Shown: positions 18,214-27,360, counted from the first letter of the stretch. The stretch: 64,000 nt of DNA from Alphaproteobacteria bacterium (GCA_013289265.1 JABDAH010000006.1:706-64705); one strand, 5' to 3'. The notes: a model not told the origin generated them from the letters alone. Translations and numbers: made by a program.

Positions 18214-18215
18214 TA

Positions 18216-18779
18216 ATGCGCATCGTTGGCGGCACTCTCTCGGGCCGGAAAATAACACCGCCGCTTAGCCTCACCACAAGGCCGATGATGGACCGCGTGC
18301 GCGTGTCGCTGTTCAACATCCTGCTGCATCATGATTGGGGTAACAAAATCGGCAATCTGTTTGATGGGAAAACACAAGTGCTGGATGCTTTCTGCGGTAC
18401 AGGTGCTTTAGGTTTTGAGGCGCTGTCGCACGGCGCAGCCTATGTCACCTTGTTCGACAAGGACATGGAAGCTCTCAGTATCGCCAAAAAGAATGCCGCG
18501 CATCTGGGGGTCGAAGATCGCTGCCAGATTCTTATGGCCGACGCATTGAAGCCGCCCAAAGCAGACAAGCCCTGCAAACTAATTTTCCTGTCGCCGCCCT
18601 ACCGCAAGGATTTAATCCCCCCTGCCCTGCCCGCGCTGGATAAAGCCGGCTGGATAGCGGACCATGCGGTCGTCGTCGCCGAAGTTGAAAAAAAAGAGTC
18701 CTTCGAAGTACCGGAAGGCTATACGCTTAAAACTTCGCGCACCTACGGTATTGCTACGCTGCATTTCATGATAAGATAA
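18216..18779 (+). CDS. rsmD: 16S rRNA (guanine966-N2)-methyltransferase RsmD
   Basis: 187 aa. MRIVGGTLSGRKI...RPMMDRVRVSLFN...DAFCGTGALGFEALSHGA...FLSPPY matches RsmD. Confidence 0.8.
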   Translation: MRIVGGTLSGRKITPPLSLTTRPMMDRVRVSLFNILLHHDWGNKIGNLFDGKTQVLDAFCGTGALGFEALSHGAAYVTLFDKDMEALSIAKKNAAHLGVEDRCQILMADALKPPKADKPCKLIFLSPPYRKDLIPPALPALDKAGWIADHAVVVAEVEKKESFEVPEGYTLKTSRTYGIATLHFMIR

Positions 18780-18861
18780 TTTCGTGACCGCTCCGGCTCA
18801 GGGAAAAGCCGGAGACGATCACGAACTCTCCTCATTAGACCAGTCCTAAGAATAGCTCGCT

Positions 18862-19338
18862 TCAAGCTGACTTGATGCTGATCTTCTTGGCCGCCGTTTG
18901 CTCGGCCGGAAGTTTTGGCAAGGTGATATTCAGCACCCCTTTTTCAAACTTGGCCTCAATCTGCTCGGCATTAATATTGGCCGATAAAGTCAGCTGCCGG
19001 GCGAAGCTGCCATGCACACGTTCCGTCACGTGCCATGTGTCTTTCTTCTCATCGCGTTCGATTTTTTTCTCGCCGCGAATGGTAAGAAGCCCGTCGTCGA
19101 AAGTCACTTCCACTTCGCTTTCGCTCAGCCCCGGCAAATCAGCCGTGACATGAAAAGCGGTTTCGTCTTCCTTCACATCAAGCCGTACAGGCAAAGCTGC
19201 CGTTTCTGTCGCTGTGGGCAGGTTGCTCCACACATCGTTGAGCGTATGCTGCAAAGCACGCTGCACTGTCGTGAAAGCATCGTCGCTGAAACGCGAGAAC
19301 GCACGGCATGACGGAGCTACATAAGAACGCAAGATCAT
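18862..19338 (-). CDS. Hsp20/alpha-crystallin family small heat-shock protein
   Basis: 158 aa. The alpha-crystallin core reads DVKEDETAFHVTADLPGL...LTIRGEK...GSFARQLTL...GVLNITLPK. Confidence 0.9.
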   Translation of the reverse strand: MILRSYVAPSCRAFSRFSDDAFTTVQRALQHTLNDVWSNLPTATETAALPVRLDVKEDETAFHVTADLPGLSESEVEVTFDDGLLTIRGEKKIERDEKKDTWHVTERVHGSFARQLTLSANINAEQIEAKFEKGVLNITLPKLPAEQTAAKKISIKSA

Positions 19339-19487
19339 TTTTTCATTCTCCCTTTGTCAATTTTCCCAGCAACGATTTTCGCCATTGCTATACTTTACAA
19401 ATGGGGTCGAATTTGACTTTGTGTAGGGGATAAAAAATATAGTCGTAAGGCTCTTGAAAAGCACCTTTAACAACCTACATTTTCTTT

Positions 19488-21188
19488 TTAGGCTTTTAAT
19501 GCGGCCTTAAGTATCTGTCCCAAAAGCTGAATATCCAGCGGCTTGGACAAATAATAATCCATACCGGAGGCGAGGCATTTATCCTGATCTTCCTTCATCG
19601 CATAGGCGGTAGTTGCGATGATTGGCGTTGGCAGCGAATGCCGCTGTTTTTCAATTTCCCGGATGCGTTTTGTCACCTGATAGCCATCAAGCCCGGGTAG
19701 CTGAATATCCATCAGGATCGCGTCATATCTTTCCTTGCCGAACATATGAATGGCAATGTCGCCGTTAACAGCGACGTCATAATTATATTCCAGCATTTCA
19801 AGCATCAACCCACAGACCAGAATATTGGGCTGCCAGTCTTCGACCAAAAGAATGAGCCCCTTGCCTTTGATTTTTTCCGGTGTGGGGGAATTTTTTGGAC
19901 CGACGGCCTCAACGGTCAAAGGCGTACTGCCTTGCAGTAATCTGGATTCAGGCACCATCGGCAATTCCAGATTGACGACAAAGGACGTTCCTTCGTCCGG
20001 CGCGCTATGGACGGTGATCTTGCCGCCCATTTCGTTGATGAGCCCCTGAATAATGGCCAGCCCGAGGCCACTGCCGCCGTAGCGCCGGTTGATCGATGTG
20101 TCGGCTTGAGTGAATTTCTCGAAGATAATCGGCAGATGCTCCTTGGCGATGCCGATACCCGTGTCCATCACACCCAGTGTCAGCAGGGCCGAACCGTTGG
20201 GCAAAGGCTGGACGTTGGCGCGCAAAATAACCCTGCCCTCTTCAGTAAATTTAATCGCGTTGCCAAGCAGGTTGGTCAGGATCTGGCGGATGCGCGCGGG
20301 ATCACCGATCAGGTCATTCCCGTCACTCACCTCCGGCAAATAACCATTTATTTCCAGTGAGAGTTCCAACCCTTTTTCCTTGGCGCGAACTTTCATAATG
20401 GTTATGGCTTCATCGATTATAGAGCGCAGGTTGAAAGGTTTTTTATAAAGCTCGATATGCCCGGTTTCGATCTTGGCGATGTCGAGCAGATCATTCAGCA
20501 AATCCATCAACGCCATGGCGCTGACATCCATCGTGATAATGCATTCGCGCTGCCGCGAGGTCAGTGTTTTGTCTTCACCCAGAATATGCGTCAGCCCCAC
20601 CAGCGCATTCATAGGCGTACGAATCTCGTGGCTCATATTGGCAAGGAAGTCGGTTTTGGCGCGGCTGGCTGCTTCGGCCTGTGTTAAGGCCTGTTGCAGC
20701 GACTTTTCATTTTCCAGCAGCTGATCATTAACGGCCTGCAATTCCTCGGTACGTTTCAGAACTTCCTGTTCAACCCGCGCATTGGTTTGCTGCAAGTTGG
20801 CGTTGATAATCTGCAAATCTGTCGGACTAGGTAGCAACAAGGCATTCGGCAAAATCCGCCACACCAGAAAGGCTGTCGCCGCCGAAACCAAAGCCGTCAC
20901 CGCTTTGACCAGGCCTTCCGGACCGTAATCCGGTCTCCACAACACCCATATCGATAACAGATGCGTCGTACCGCACAGGACAATGAAAGCGCCGAACAGC
21001 GCAAAGACATAGCGGAAAGGTATGTCATGGCGCTTATGCGTAAAGACAATCAGCGCGACGGGAATGGAAAAATAGGAAAGCGCGATAATCGCGTCAGAAA
21101 CTACATGCAGCCACAAAATATCCGGGTACCACAAGAAACAATGGCCATGCGGCATAAAGTTGGCGGAGTCGAAAAAATCCACAAGCAT
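19488..21188 (-). CDS. Hybrid sensor histidine kinase / response regulator with membrane N-terminal domain
   Basis: 566 aa. The N-terminus MPHGHCFLWYP is followed by TM helices. It has an H-box SHEIRTPMN, an HATPase G-box GGSGLGLAI, and a C-terminal receiver domain (LLVEDWQPN...DAILMDIQLPGLDG). Confidence 0.85.
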   Translation of the reverse strand: MLVDFFDSANFMPHGHCFLWYPDILWLHVVSDAIIALSYFSIPVALIVFTHKRHDIPFRYVFALFGAFIVLCGTTHLLSIWVLWRPDYGPEGLVKAVTALVSAATAFLVWRILPNALLLPSPTDLQIINANLQQTNARVEQEVLKRTEELQAVNDQLLENEKSLQQALTQAEAASRAKTDFLANMSHEIRTPMNALVGLTHILGEDKTLTSRQRECIITMDVSAMALMDLLNDLLDIAKIETGHIELYKKPFNLRSIIDEAITIMKVRAKEKGLELSLEINGYLPEVSDGNDLIGDPARIRQILTNLLGNAIKFTEEGRVILRANVQPLPNGSALLTLGVMDTGIGIAKEHLPIIFEKFTQADTSINRRYGGSGLGLAIIQGLINEMGGKITVHSAPDEGTSFVVNLELPMVPESRLLQGSTPLTVEAVGPKNSPTPEKIKGKGLILLVEDWQPNILVCGLMLEMLEYNYDVAVNGDIAIHMFGKERYDAILMDIQLPGLDGYQVTKRIREIEKQRHSLPTPIIATTAYAMKEDQDKCLASGMDYYLSKPLDIQLLGQILKAALKA

Positions 21189-21445
21189 TCTGAGGCCTGC
21201 CGTTAGAATTCGATACCAACGTATTCTGAGCAGTATTAATTTTCTATTATGTTACGGTAAGTGCGTGGGGAAATGGCAAAGATAAGGTGGTGCCGCTTAC
21301 CGGCGATAGTCTTATTACTGCCTTACCACACCTGCGAAATCGAGAGTAAAAGTATTAATTCGATTTTAATATTGGAAACTTTCTGTTATATGTTGGACAT
21401 CAGGGAAGGAAATAGTAACCTATTGACTATTTTAGGGGAAAAATT

Positions 21446-21862
21446 ATGGGCAGCACAAATAATGACTATCCGACAAGACGTGAAATGCTTACTGCCGTTT
21501 TTGTGGCACTCGGCATATCGGCGGTTGGCATAGCGCTCCGTTACCAAGATAATGGGGTTAGTAATCGGAGTTCATCCTATGAGCCTAAATATGTGAGTTT
21601 AATAAAAGCCGATTATATAGATGCGGCAAACCATTGTGTTGAATCTCCTCGCAACAAAGGCGCAATCGCTGACGATATAAAAGATTTTGGCTATAGCTGT
21701 GATGATGCCGTCGAAATTGTTAAAGAAATGCACTCTACCACTCAACCCACTCAATATGATATGTGGATTAAGGCAGCTGGAAGCTCTTTCAAGAGTACAG
21801 TGCCGAGCAGAAACAACCTTGCTTGCCGTGAGATTGCGTATAGAACAGTAGCAACCTGCTGA
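21446..21862 (+). CDS. Hypothetical exported protein (Tat-like signal)
   Basis: 138 aa. PTRREMLTAVFVALGISAVG resembles a twin-arginine signal. The mature part has four Cys. It lies inside the putative islet. Confidence 0.4.
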   Translation: MGSTNNDYPTRREMLTAVFVALGISAVGIALRYQDNGVSNRSSSYEPKYVSLIKADYIDAANHCVESPRNKGAIADDIKDFGYSCDDAVEIVKEMHSTTQPTQYDMWIKAAGSSFKSTVPSRNNLACREIAYRTVATC

Positions 21863-21865
21863 TCC

Positions 21866-22186
21866 GCCTTCATTGAAGTGGTCCGCCTCGAAGTTATACT
21901 TTTTGGAGGAAGATCGCAAGCGCAAGCATCTTGAGCTAGACTTACGACGCAAAAATCTCAGTGTGATCTTGGCCATAATATTGACGGTGACAGCGACTTC
22001 AAAATGGCGCTGTTGATGATCGCGCTGCTGTTGAAATCGCCGCAACTATTCGAAAGTTCGAATCTGCTAGAAAAACGCGCACTGCTCGGATTGGTGTTTT
22101 CGAACTTGAAACTAGAGGGACCAACCCTCAGATATACCTTGCGAAAACTCTTCGCTGAGTTTGCCAAAATATCTGACTGTCAAGAA
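21866..22186 (+). pseudogene. Frameshifted C-terminal remnant of a site-specific recombinase (probably large serine recombinase family)
   Basis: Two frames read ...KLYFLEEDRKRKHLELDLRRKNL... and ...DGDSDFKMALLMIALLLKSPQLFESSNLLEKRALLGLVFSNLKLEGPTLRYTLRKLFAEFAK. The second resembles recombinase C-termini I recall from other genomes, and it runs into the tRNA. This family assignment is from memory only. Confidence 0.4.
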
Positions 22187-22262
22187 TGGTGCCGCTTAGG
22201 TGACTCGAACACCTGACCCTCTCATTACGAATGAGATGCTCTACCAACTGAGCTAAAGCGGC
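22187..22262 (-). tRNA. tRNA-Thr (anticodon CGT)
   Basis: The hand-folded sequence is GCCGCTT-TA-GCTC..GAGC-A-TCTCA-TTCGTAA-TGAGA..AGGTG-TTCGAGT-CACCT-AAGCGGC-A-CCA. Confidence 0.95.
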
Positions 22263-22307
22263 ACTGTGGAAAAACAAATGACAGAAAATGCCTGCCCGGT
22301 AAATAAT

Positions 22308-22745
22308 TTATTTCTTCTTGGGTGTTAAGGCTTCGGCACCGTGTTTTTTGGTGCCGTATAGCTCCAGCCGGTCGCCGATGATATCATAACCAAGCTCGGC
22401 GGCGATTTTGCGTTTGATCGCTTCCAGCTCCTCATTCTTGAACTCGATCACTTCGCCGCTGTTAACGTCGATTAAATGGTGATGATGTTCTTCGCGGTTT
22501 TCCTCGTAACGGGCGCGGCCGTCGCGGAAATCCAGCCGTTCGATGATGTTGGCGTCTTCATAAAGCCGCATCGTCCTGTACACAGTAGCGATGCTGATCT
22601 TGGGGTCGATGGCCGAAGCGCGGCGATAGATTTCCTCGACATCCGGATGATCTTGCGCTTCCGACAGGACGCGGCTGATAACCCGGCGTTGGTCGGTCAT
22701 TTTCAGGCCGCGTTCGGCGCAGAGTTTTTCAAGGCGTGAAGGCAT
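22308..22745 (-). CDS. fur: Fur family transcriptional regulator
   Basis: I placed the start at MPSRLEKL (ATG 22745). KMTDQRRVI...ISIATVYRTM...HHHHLIDVNSGEVIEF is the Fur pattern, without the CxxC pairs. Confidence 0.85.
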   Translation of the reverse strand: MPSRLEKLCAERGLKMTDQRRVISRVLSEAQDHPDVEEIYRRASAIDPKISIATVYRTMRLYEDANIIERLDFRDGRARYEENREEHHHHLIDVNSGEVIEFKNEELEAIKRKIAAELGYDIIGDRLELYGTKKHGAEALTPKKK

Positions 22746-22854
22746 AAGCGCAATAAAGCCTAAATTTACGGCCCTGTCACCCACCTTCAACACAGGCTTG
22801 CCATAGGCCGCCTTCTTGCTTATGAAAGGCGGGTTTATAAGTGGAGTTTACCTG

Positions 22855-23187
22855 ATGCCTTACGTCGTTACCGAAGCCTGCATCCGTTGCAAATATATGG
22901 ATTGCGTCGAAGTTTGCCCCGTTGACTGTTTCTACGAGGGCGAGAATATGCTCGTCATCAGCCCCGACGAATGCATCGATTGCGGCGTCTGCGAGCCCGA
23001 ATGTCCGGCTGAGGCCATTATCTCCGACACTGACAAGGAAGCCGAAAAGTGGCTGGAACTGAACCGTGATTACTCCGCCAAATGGCCGAATATCACGCGC
23101 AAGAAAGATGCGCCCGCCGATGCCGACGAATGGAAGGGCAAGCCCGATAAGTTCAAAAATGACTTCAGCGATAAAGCGGGCGGTTAG
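22855..23187 (+). CDS. fdxA: 7Fe ferredoxin (3Fe-4S plus 4Fe-4S)
   Basis: I placed the start at MPYVV, preceded by a GTGGAG Shine-Dalgarno. The cluster motifs are [17 protein letters not shown] and [12 protein letters not shown]. Confidence 0.9.
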   Translation: MPYVVTEACIRCKYMDCVEVCPVDCFYEGENMLVISPDECIDCGVCEPECPAEAIISDTDKEAEKWLELNRDYSAKWPNITRKKDAPADADEWKGKPDKFKNDFSDKAGG

Positions 23188-23250
23188 AGATTTAGTAGTC
23201 AAGATTAGGTGTTTTTCCTGTTACTTCTAATCTCTGACCAGTGACCAGTT
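23184..23250. repeat. REP-like hairpin element, copy 3 (degenerate)
   Basis: The right arm is TAATCTCTGACCAGTGACCAGTTAAT (15-mer at 23232-23246, one mismatch to copy 2). The left arm is degenerate. It lies immediately 3' of the fdxA stop. Confidence 0.45.
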
Positions 23251-23644
23251 AATTTTTGTTCATATTACTGCAAAAACAACTCAAAGTTGTATTTATTAAC
23301 AATATGGTTAATATCGATTCGACTTCGAATCAAACTAACATATTGATATATATTAGAAAGTAAAAAAATTTCGCCGAAAGCTTTGTAATAATCCCTAAAA
23401 AATGGTATACAATTACCTATGTCGGGCAATTGCCCTGACAATGGGCTGAGTTAACGATTCTCATTCCTGATGCCGAACGACTAATCAGCGCTGCAGGATG
23501 CAGCACCGAGGAAGTTTATTATTGTGCTCGGCATCAGTTAGAAAAGTGGATGAGGATAAGTATTTAAGTTTTTGAAACTGCAGTCCGATGTCAAGGCAAG
23601 TGCAGGGCATCCCCGAAGTTCTTATGCGAGAGGAATAAAAAATC

Positions 23645-24160
23645 ATGGCTGAGAAGTTGGAATTCAAGAAGGGTGATTTTGTCGTATATCCCGCTCACGG
23701 CGTTGGCCGCGTTGAAGGCATTGATACTTTTGCCGTGTCCGGACAGGACGTAACTCTCTATTCGATTTCTTTTGAACAGGACCGTATGCGCCTGAAAGTG
23801 CCGGTCGCGAAAGCCAAGACATCCGGCCTGCGCCGTCTGTCGTCACGTGACCGTATCAAGGAAGCGCTCAGCACCCTGCAGGGCCGTTCCAAAGTACGCC
23901 GCGTTATGTGGAGCCGCCGCGCCCAGGAATATGAATCAAAGATCAATTCGGGCGATCCGGTTTCAATTGCTGAAGTTGTGCGTGATTTGCATCGCGGCAC
24001 CGACCAGCCGGAACAGTCCTACAGCGAACGCCAGATCTATCAGGCCGCGCTGGAACGCCTGGCCCGCGAGTTGGCCGCCGTTGAAAAGATCGATCAGGTC
24101 AAAGCGACGCAGAAGCTGGAAAATGTTCTGGTCAAGGAACGCGAAAAGAAAGCCGCCTGA
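23645..24160 (+). CDS. carD: CarD family transcriptional regulator
   Basis: 171 aa. FKKGDFVVYPAHGVGRVEGI is the CarD/TRCF RNAP-interacting domain signature. Confidence 0.9.
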   Translation: MAEKLEFKKGDFVVYPAHGVGRVEGIDTFAVSGQDVTLYSISFEQDRMRLKVPVAKAKTSGLRRLSSRDRIKEALSTLQGRSKVRRVMWSRRAQEYESKINSGDPVSIAEVVRDLHRGTDQPEQSYSERQIYQAALERLARELAAVEKIDQVKATQKLENVLVKEREKKAA

Positions 24161-24185
24161 ATTCATGAGGCGTAAATAAAACAAG

Positions 24186-24220
24186 GGCGGGGGTAGAAAT
24201 ATCCCCGCCTTTTTATTTTT
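24186..24220 (+). terminator. Rho-independent terminator of carD
   Basis: A 7-bp stem pairs GGCGGGG with CCCCGCC around a 10-nt loop. It is followed by TTTTTATTTTT. Confidence 0.7.
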
Positions 24221-24254
24221 AAAATACAGTTATTTTTATGAAAAGGCTCTACAT

Positions 24255-24500
24255 TTATTTTTGATGCAAATCATGCACGGTAGAAGGAGTGCGTCTAACT
24301 TCTCCTAGTTTAGGCCTTTGAGCAGGTTTAAAAAACCGCTCAAATCCTTCATTTGTTTCAGCTTCTCTATCAGCGCCACCGCGATCGGCAAACCTCCTTA
24401 TTGTTCCATCCGCAAGGCCCTTTATCATAGCTGGAAGATTAGGTCCTGCCATTCTAACTTTCATTTGGGCGAATTCGGAGGGTCCAGATTTGTCTGACAT
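24255..24500 (-). CDS. Hypothetical small protein
   Basis: An 81-aa ORF in an AT-rich spacer, with no recognised motif. Confidence 0.3.
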   Translation of the reverse strand: MSDKSGPSEFAQMKVRMAGPNLPAMIKGLADGTIRRFADRGGADREAETNEGFERFFKPAQRPKLGEVRRTPSTVHDLHQK

Positions 24501-24679
24501 TTTTGTATCCTTGATATTTATAGTTAAAACAACCGTAAAGAAAACCTATGACCATATACTACAAATAAGGTATGCAACTAAAAGCAAATATTCTACATTA
24601 GAAGTCAATTTGCAGTTACAATACACGAGCAATTGGTAAATTTATTATCTAGGAACTATCTTAACGAAAGATAATTTGC

Positions 24680-26368
24680 ATGTGCGCAGTTGCTGGAGCA
24701 TGCCGCCGCCCGGGGTTTGGCGAAGAAGGAGTTTTGACCCCACTGCGGGATATGATGCGCGGCCAGGACAATCGCGGTTCCGAAGGGTTGGGTATCAGTT
24801 TCTGGAATCACATGACGGGTGGTTTTACATCGCGCTACTCCAATGACGCGGCTCGTAATAATCCTGATTTATTGGCAAGCAGGCTTTCCCCGACCTTGAA
24901 CGGCCTCGCCGGCCTAGGTCATATACGTTACCGGACATCCGGTGCGATCAAAGGGCGGCTTAGCCTTCAACCCATGAATATTGCTTCCTTCTATGACCAG
25001 GCGCCAGCCAATCCCTTTGAGATCAGTTTTAACGGCACCATTGCCAATGCCGATGAATTGCGGGTTGAGTTGCAGCAATTAGGTATTCATTTTCGTGGCA
25101 AAACCGATACGGAAGTGTTGATCCGGTTAATCGAGCAGATCCGCGCTGCAAACACTCCACAAAGTTCGGCTGCCGGATCGTACAATTATGAAAGTATTTT
25201 TCGCGAACTCGACCGGCGCATCGATGGCGGTTGCAGCCTTTGTCTGTTGGATTCCAACGGCGATATGGTGAGTTATCGCAATAACCCCGGCATCCGCCCC
25301 TTATGGTTTGCACAAGCAAAAAATGGGCTTTTGCTCACGGCTTGCGAAACATCGGCTTTTGAAGAATTACAATCGAGTATCGACGGCAAATATCAGCAAA
25401 TCCCTCCCGGCGAAATTGTTCAGTTTACAAGAGCGGAGGATCGCATTGATTGGAAATTCGTTGGTAAGCCTTCCTTTCGAAAAGGGGCGCGGCCAATTGT
25501 GCAACCTCACCTCGATGCCCTGGAACCTATCTATTTTATGCGCGCGACAAGCGAAGTTCGCGATGGCTGGTCAGCTTCTAAAACACGCTTTAAACTTGGC
25601 CAGGCCGCAGCTCATCTCCTCGCACCCCAGATTCAAGGTTTGAGCCGCGAAGATCGCGGTAGAAGTCGGGTTGTGGCTATCCCCAGCACAGGCATTCCCT
25701 ACGCCGAAGGTTTCGAGCAGGCCTCTGGTCTACATAAAACTGATGCTATTGAAGGGCGAACACGGGGTCGAGTTTTCCTTATGGCAACAGGGCATAAACG
25801 TTTGGAAATGGCCGGCACTAAGCATACTCTAATTAACGAAAAGATCGCGGGTAAAAAAAATTGGATGATCGACGATAGTGCCGTGCGTGGTGACCAGATG
25901 CGTATCATTACACGTAAGCTTTTCGAGGGTCGTATCAACCGTGCCGAGCAAGCTAACTGGGTTATTGGCTCGTCGCCGATTATCGGCATCGACTGCTACG
26001 GCATCGCCCTTCCTTCTCTAGAAGAATTAGCTTTTTGGCAGGTATGGCAACAAACCAACCGACATGAACGCTATGATCTTTACGAACGAAACAAAGATGG
26101 CATCATCGTCAACCTCGAGCTGTTCGAGAAGAAACTGGCTCAAAAGCTAAGAGCCGAAGTTCTTCATGATATGAATCGACCGCCATCCGCCATCGCGGAG
26201 GATGCGATAACGATTCGCTTTCTCCCTTTGAAAACACTCAAGGAAACTTTGCCGGGCAAACCTGAAGATTACAGTTTCCACGTCTTTGATGCCAATTACC
26301 CTACGCTTGCTGGTCAAGCACAGTTCGATAGGGCGCTTGAAAGACTACAGAAACTAAATGCCGCCTAA
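24680..26368 (+). CDS. Divergent amidophosphoribosyltransferase-like protein (Ntn class II glutamine amidotransferase plus PRTase)
   Basis: 562 aa. It starts MCAVAG, which places the catalytic Cys at position 2. Other matches are RGSEGLGIS, GLGHIRYRTSG, FNGTIANADELR...GKTDTEVL, and the PRPP loop NWMIDDSAVRGDQM. It is colinear with PurF but strongly diverged. Confidence 0.7.
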   Translation: MCAVAGACRRPGFGEEGVLTPLRDMMRGQDNRGSEGLGISFWNHMTGGFTSRYSNDAARNNPDLLASRLSPTLNGLAGLGHIRYRTSGAIKGRLSLQPMNIASFYDQAPANPFEISFNGTIANADELRVELQQLGIHFRGKTDTEVLIRLIEQIRAANTPQSSAAGSYNYESIFRELDRRIDGGCSLCLLDSNGDMVSYRNNPGIRPLWFAQAKNGLLLTACETSAFEELQSSIDGKYQQIPPGEIVQFTRAEDRIDWKFVGKPSFRKGARPIVQPHLDALEPIYFMRATSEVRDGWSASKTRFKLGQAAAHLLAPQIQGLSREDRGRSRVVAIPSTGIPYAEGFEQASGLHKTDAIEGRTRGRVFLMATGHKRLEMAGTKHTLINEKIAGKKNWMIDDSAVRGDQMRIITRKLFEGRINRAEQANWVIGSSPIIGIDCYGIALPSLEELAFWQVWQQTNRHERYDLYERNKDGIIVNLELFEKKLAQKLRAEVLHDMNRPPSAIAEDAITIRFLPLKTLKETLPGKPEDYSFHVFDANYPTLAGQAQFDRALERLQKLNAA

Positions 26369-26478
26369 TATCACCCAACTAACTGATATATAACATATTT
26401 TTAATATTGATTCTGGGCACATATTACTGTACTATCACAGTAGTACAATAGAACGACAACAGGAAGCCGGGTTCAATC

Positions 26479-27360
26479 ATGTCAACAGAACGTATTCGCA
26501 TTGCCTTGCAAAAAAGCGGCCGCATGGCCGATGACAGCCTTAACCTGCTGAAAAATTGCGGGCTGCATGTGACGCGCAGCCGCGACCAGCTGTTCTGCCG
26601 CATCAAGGAACTGCCGATAGACGTGCTGCTGGTGCGGGACGACGATATTCCCAATTTTGTCAGCAGCGGCATCTGCGATCTCGGCATCGTCGGCGATAAT
26701 GTTTACAGCGAAATGAAATGCGGCGCTGAAAATTTCTCCGCCACGGTTCTGGAACGGCTCGGTTTTTCGCAATGCCGCCTCAGCATCGCGGTGCCGGAAA
26801 ACGGCGCGATCAATTCCGTCGCCGATCTGGCAAACACAACTATCGCAACATCATACCCTAATTTGCTGCAGCAATTTTTGAAAGCAAATAACATTCAGGC
26901 CAAGACTCTGGTGATGACGGGTTCAGTTGAGGTTGCCCCTCGCCTGAAAATTGCCGATGCAATTTGCGATATTGTGGCATCCGGCGCCACACTTACCGCC
27001 AACAATCTGACAGAGCTGCAGATCGTCCTGCAAAGTGAGGCGCTGCTGATACGCCCGCAACAGAAATTTTCGCCTGAGAAAGAGGCCATTATCAACCGCC
27101 TGCGCGCCCGCATGCAGGGTGCCCTGCGGGCCGAAGATAGCAAATATGTCATGATGAACGCGCCGCGTGTGGCAGTAGACCAGATCACGAAGCTCCTGCC
27201 CGGCTGCGATTCCCCAACCATTATGGATTTGAATAAGGAAGGCATGGTCGCCATCCATGCCGTTTGCCGCGAGTCCGTGTTCTGGGAAACCATGGAACGC
27301 TTGCAGGCCGCAGGCGCCAGCGCCATTCTGGTGCTGCCGATCGAAAAAATGATGGCTTAA
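26479..27360 (+). CDS. hisG: ATP phosphoribosyltransferase, long form
   Basis: 293 aa. MSTERIRIALQKSGRMADDSLNLL closely parallels the enteric HisG N-terminus. The length includes the C-terminal regulatory domain. Confidence 0.9.
   Translation: MSTERIRIALQKSGRMADDSLNLLKNCGLHVTRSRDQLFCRIKELPIDVLLVRDDDIPNFVSSGICDLGIVGDNVYSEMKCGAENFSATVLERLGFSQCRLSIAVPENGAINSVADLANTTIATSYPNLLQQFLKANNIQAKTLVMTGSVEVAPRLKIADAICDIVASGATLTANNLTELQIVLQSEALLIRPQQKFSPEKEAIINRLRARMQGALRAEDSKYVMMNAPRVAVDQITKLLPGCDSPTIMDLNKEGMVAIHAVCRESVFWETMERLQAAGASAILVLPIEKMMA

Larger units (their letters stand above)
21288..22198. mobile_element. Decayed tRNA-Thr-associated integrative element bounded by 12-bp direct repeats
   Basis: TGGTGCCGCTTA occurs at 21288-21299 and again at 22187-22198, where it forms the 3' end of tRNA-Thr. 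The interval is AT-rich and holds one orphan ORF and a recombinase remnant next to the tRNA. Confidence 0.5.

Noticed and set aside
19399-19406. CCCCATTT on the minus strand upstream of the Hsp20 gene as a sigma-32 -10 element, and a ROSE-type thermosensor in its 5' UTR.
   Set aside because: No convincing CTTGAA-like -35 lies at the right spacing. I could not recognise the ROSE hairpin with the bulged G opposite the Shine-Dalgarno. It remains plausible but unsupported.
22777-23202. Long antisense or alternative-frame ORFs. Examples are 22777-23202(-), 5804-6352(+), 30844-31497(-), 37407-38389(+), 47323-47931(+), 56044-56892(+) and 44367-44897(-).
   Set aside because: Each overlaps a gene with clear family motifs on the opposite strand (fdxA, atpB, hisA, the TPR protein, the PAS kinase, the radical SAM gene, the SRPBCC gene). 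None has motifs of its own.
26425-26442. Interpreting TACTGT-N6-ACAGTA as a LexA SOS box.
   Set aside because: The E. coli-type box is CTGT-N8-ACAG and here the spacing is N6. The alphaproteobacterial GTTC-N7-GTTC direct repeat is also absent. I kept it only as a generic operator candidate.
26369-26478. Enteric-type histidine leader peptide and attenuator upstream of hisG.
   Set aside because: The spacer contains no short ORF with consecutive His codons and no alternative terminator/antiterminator hairpins.
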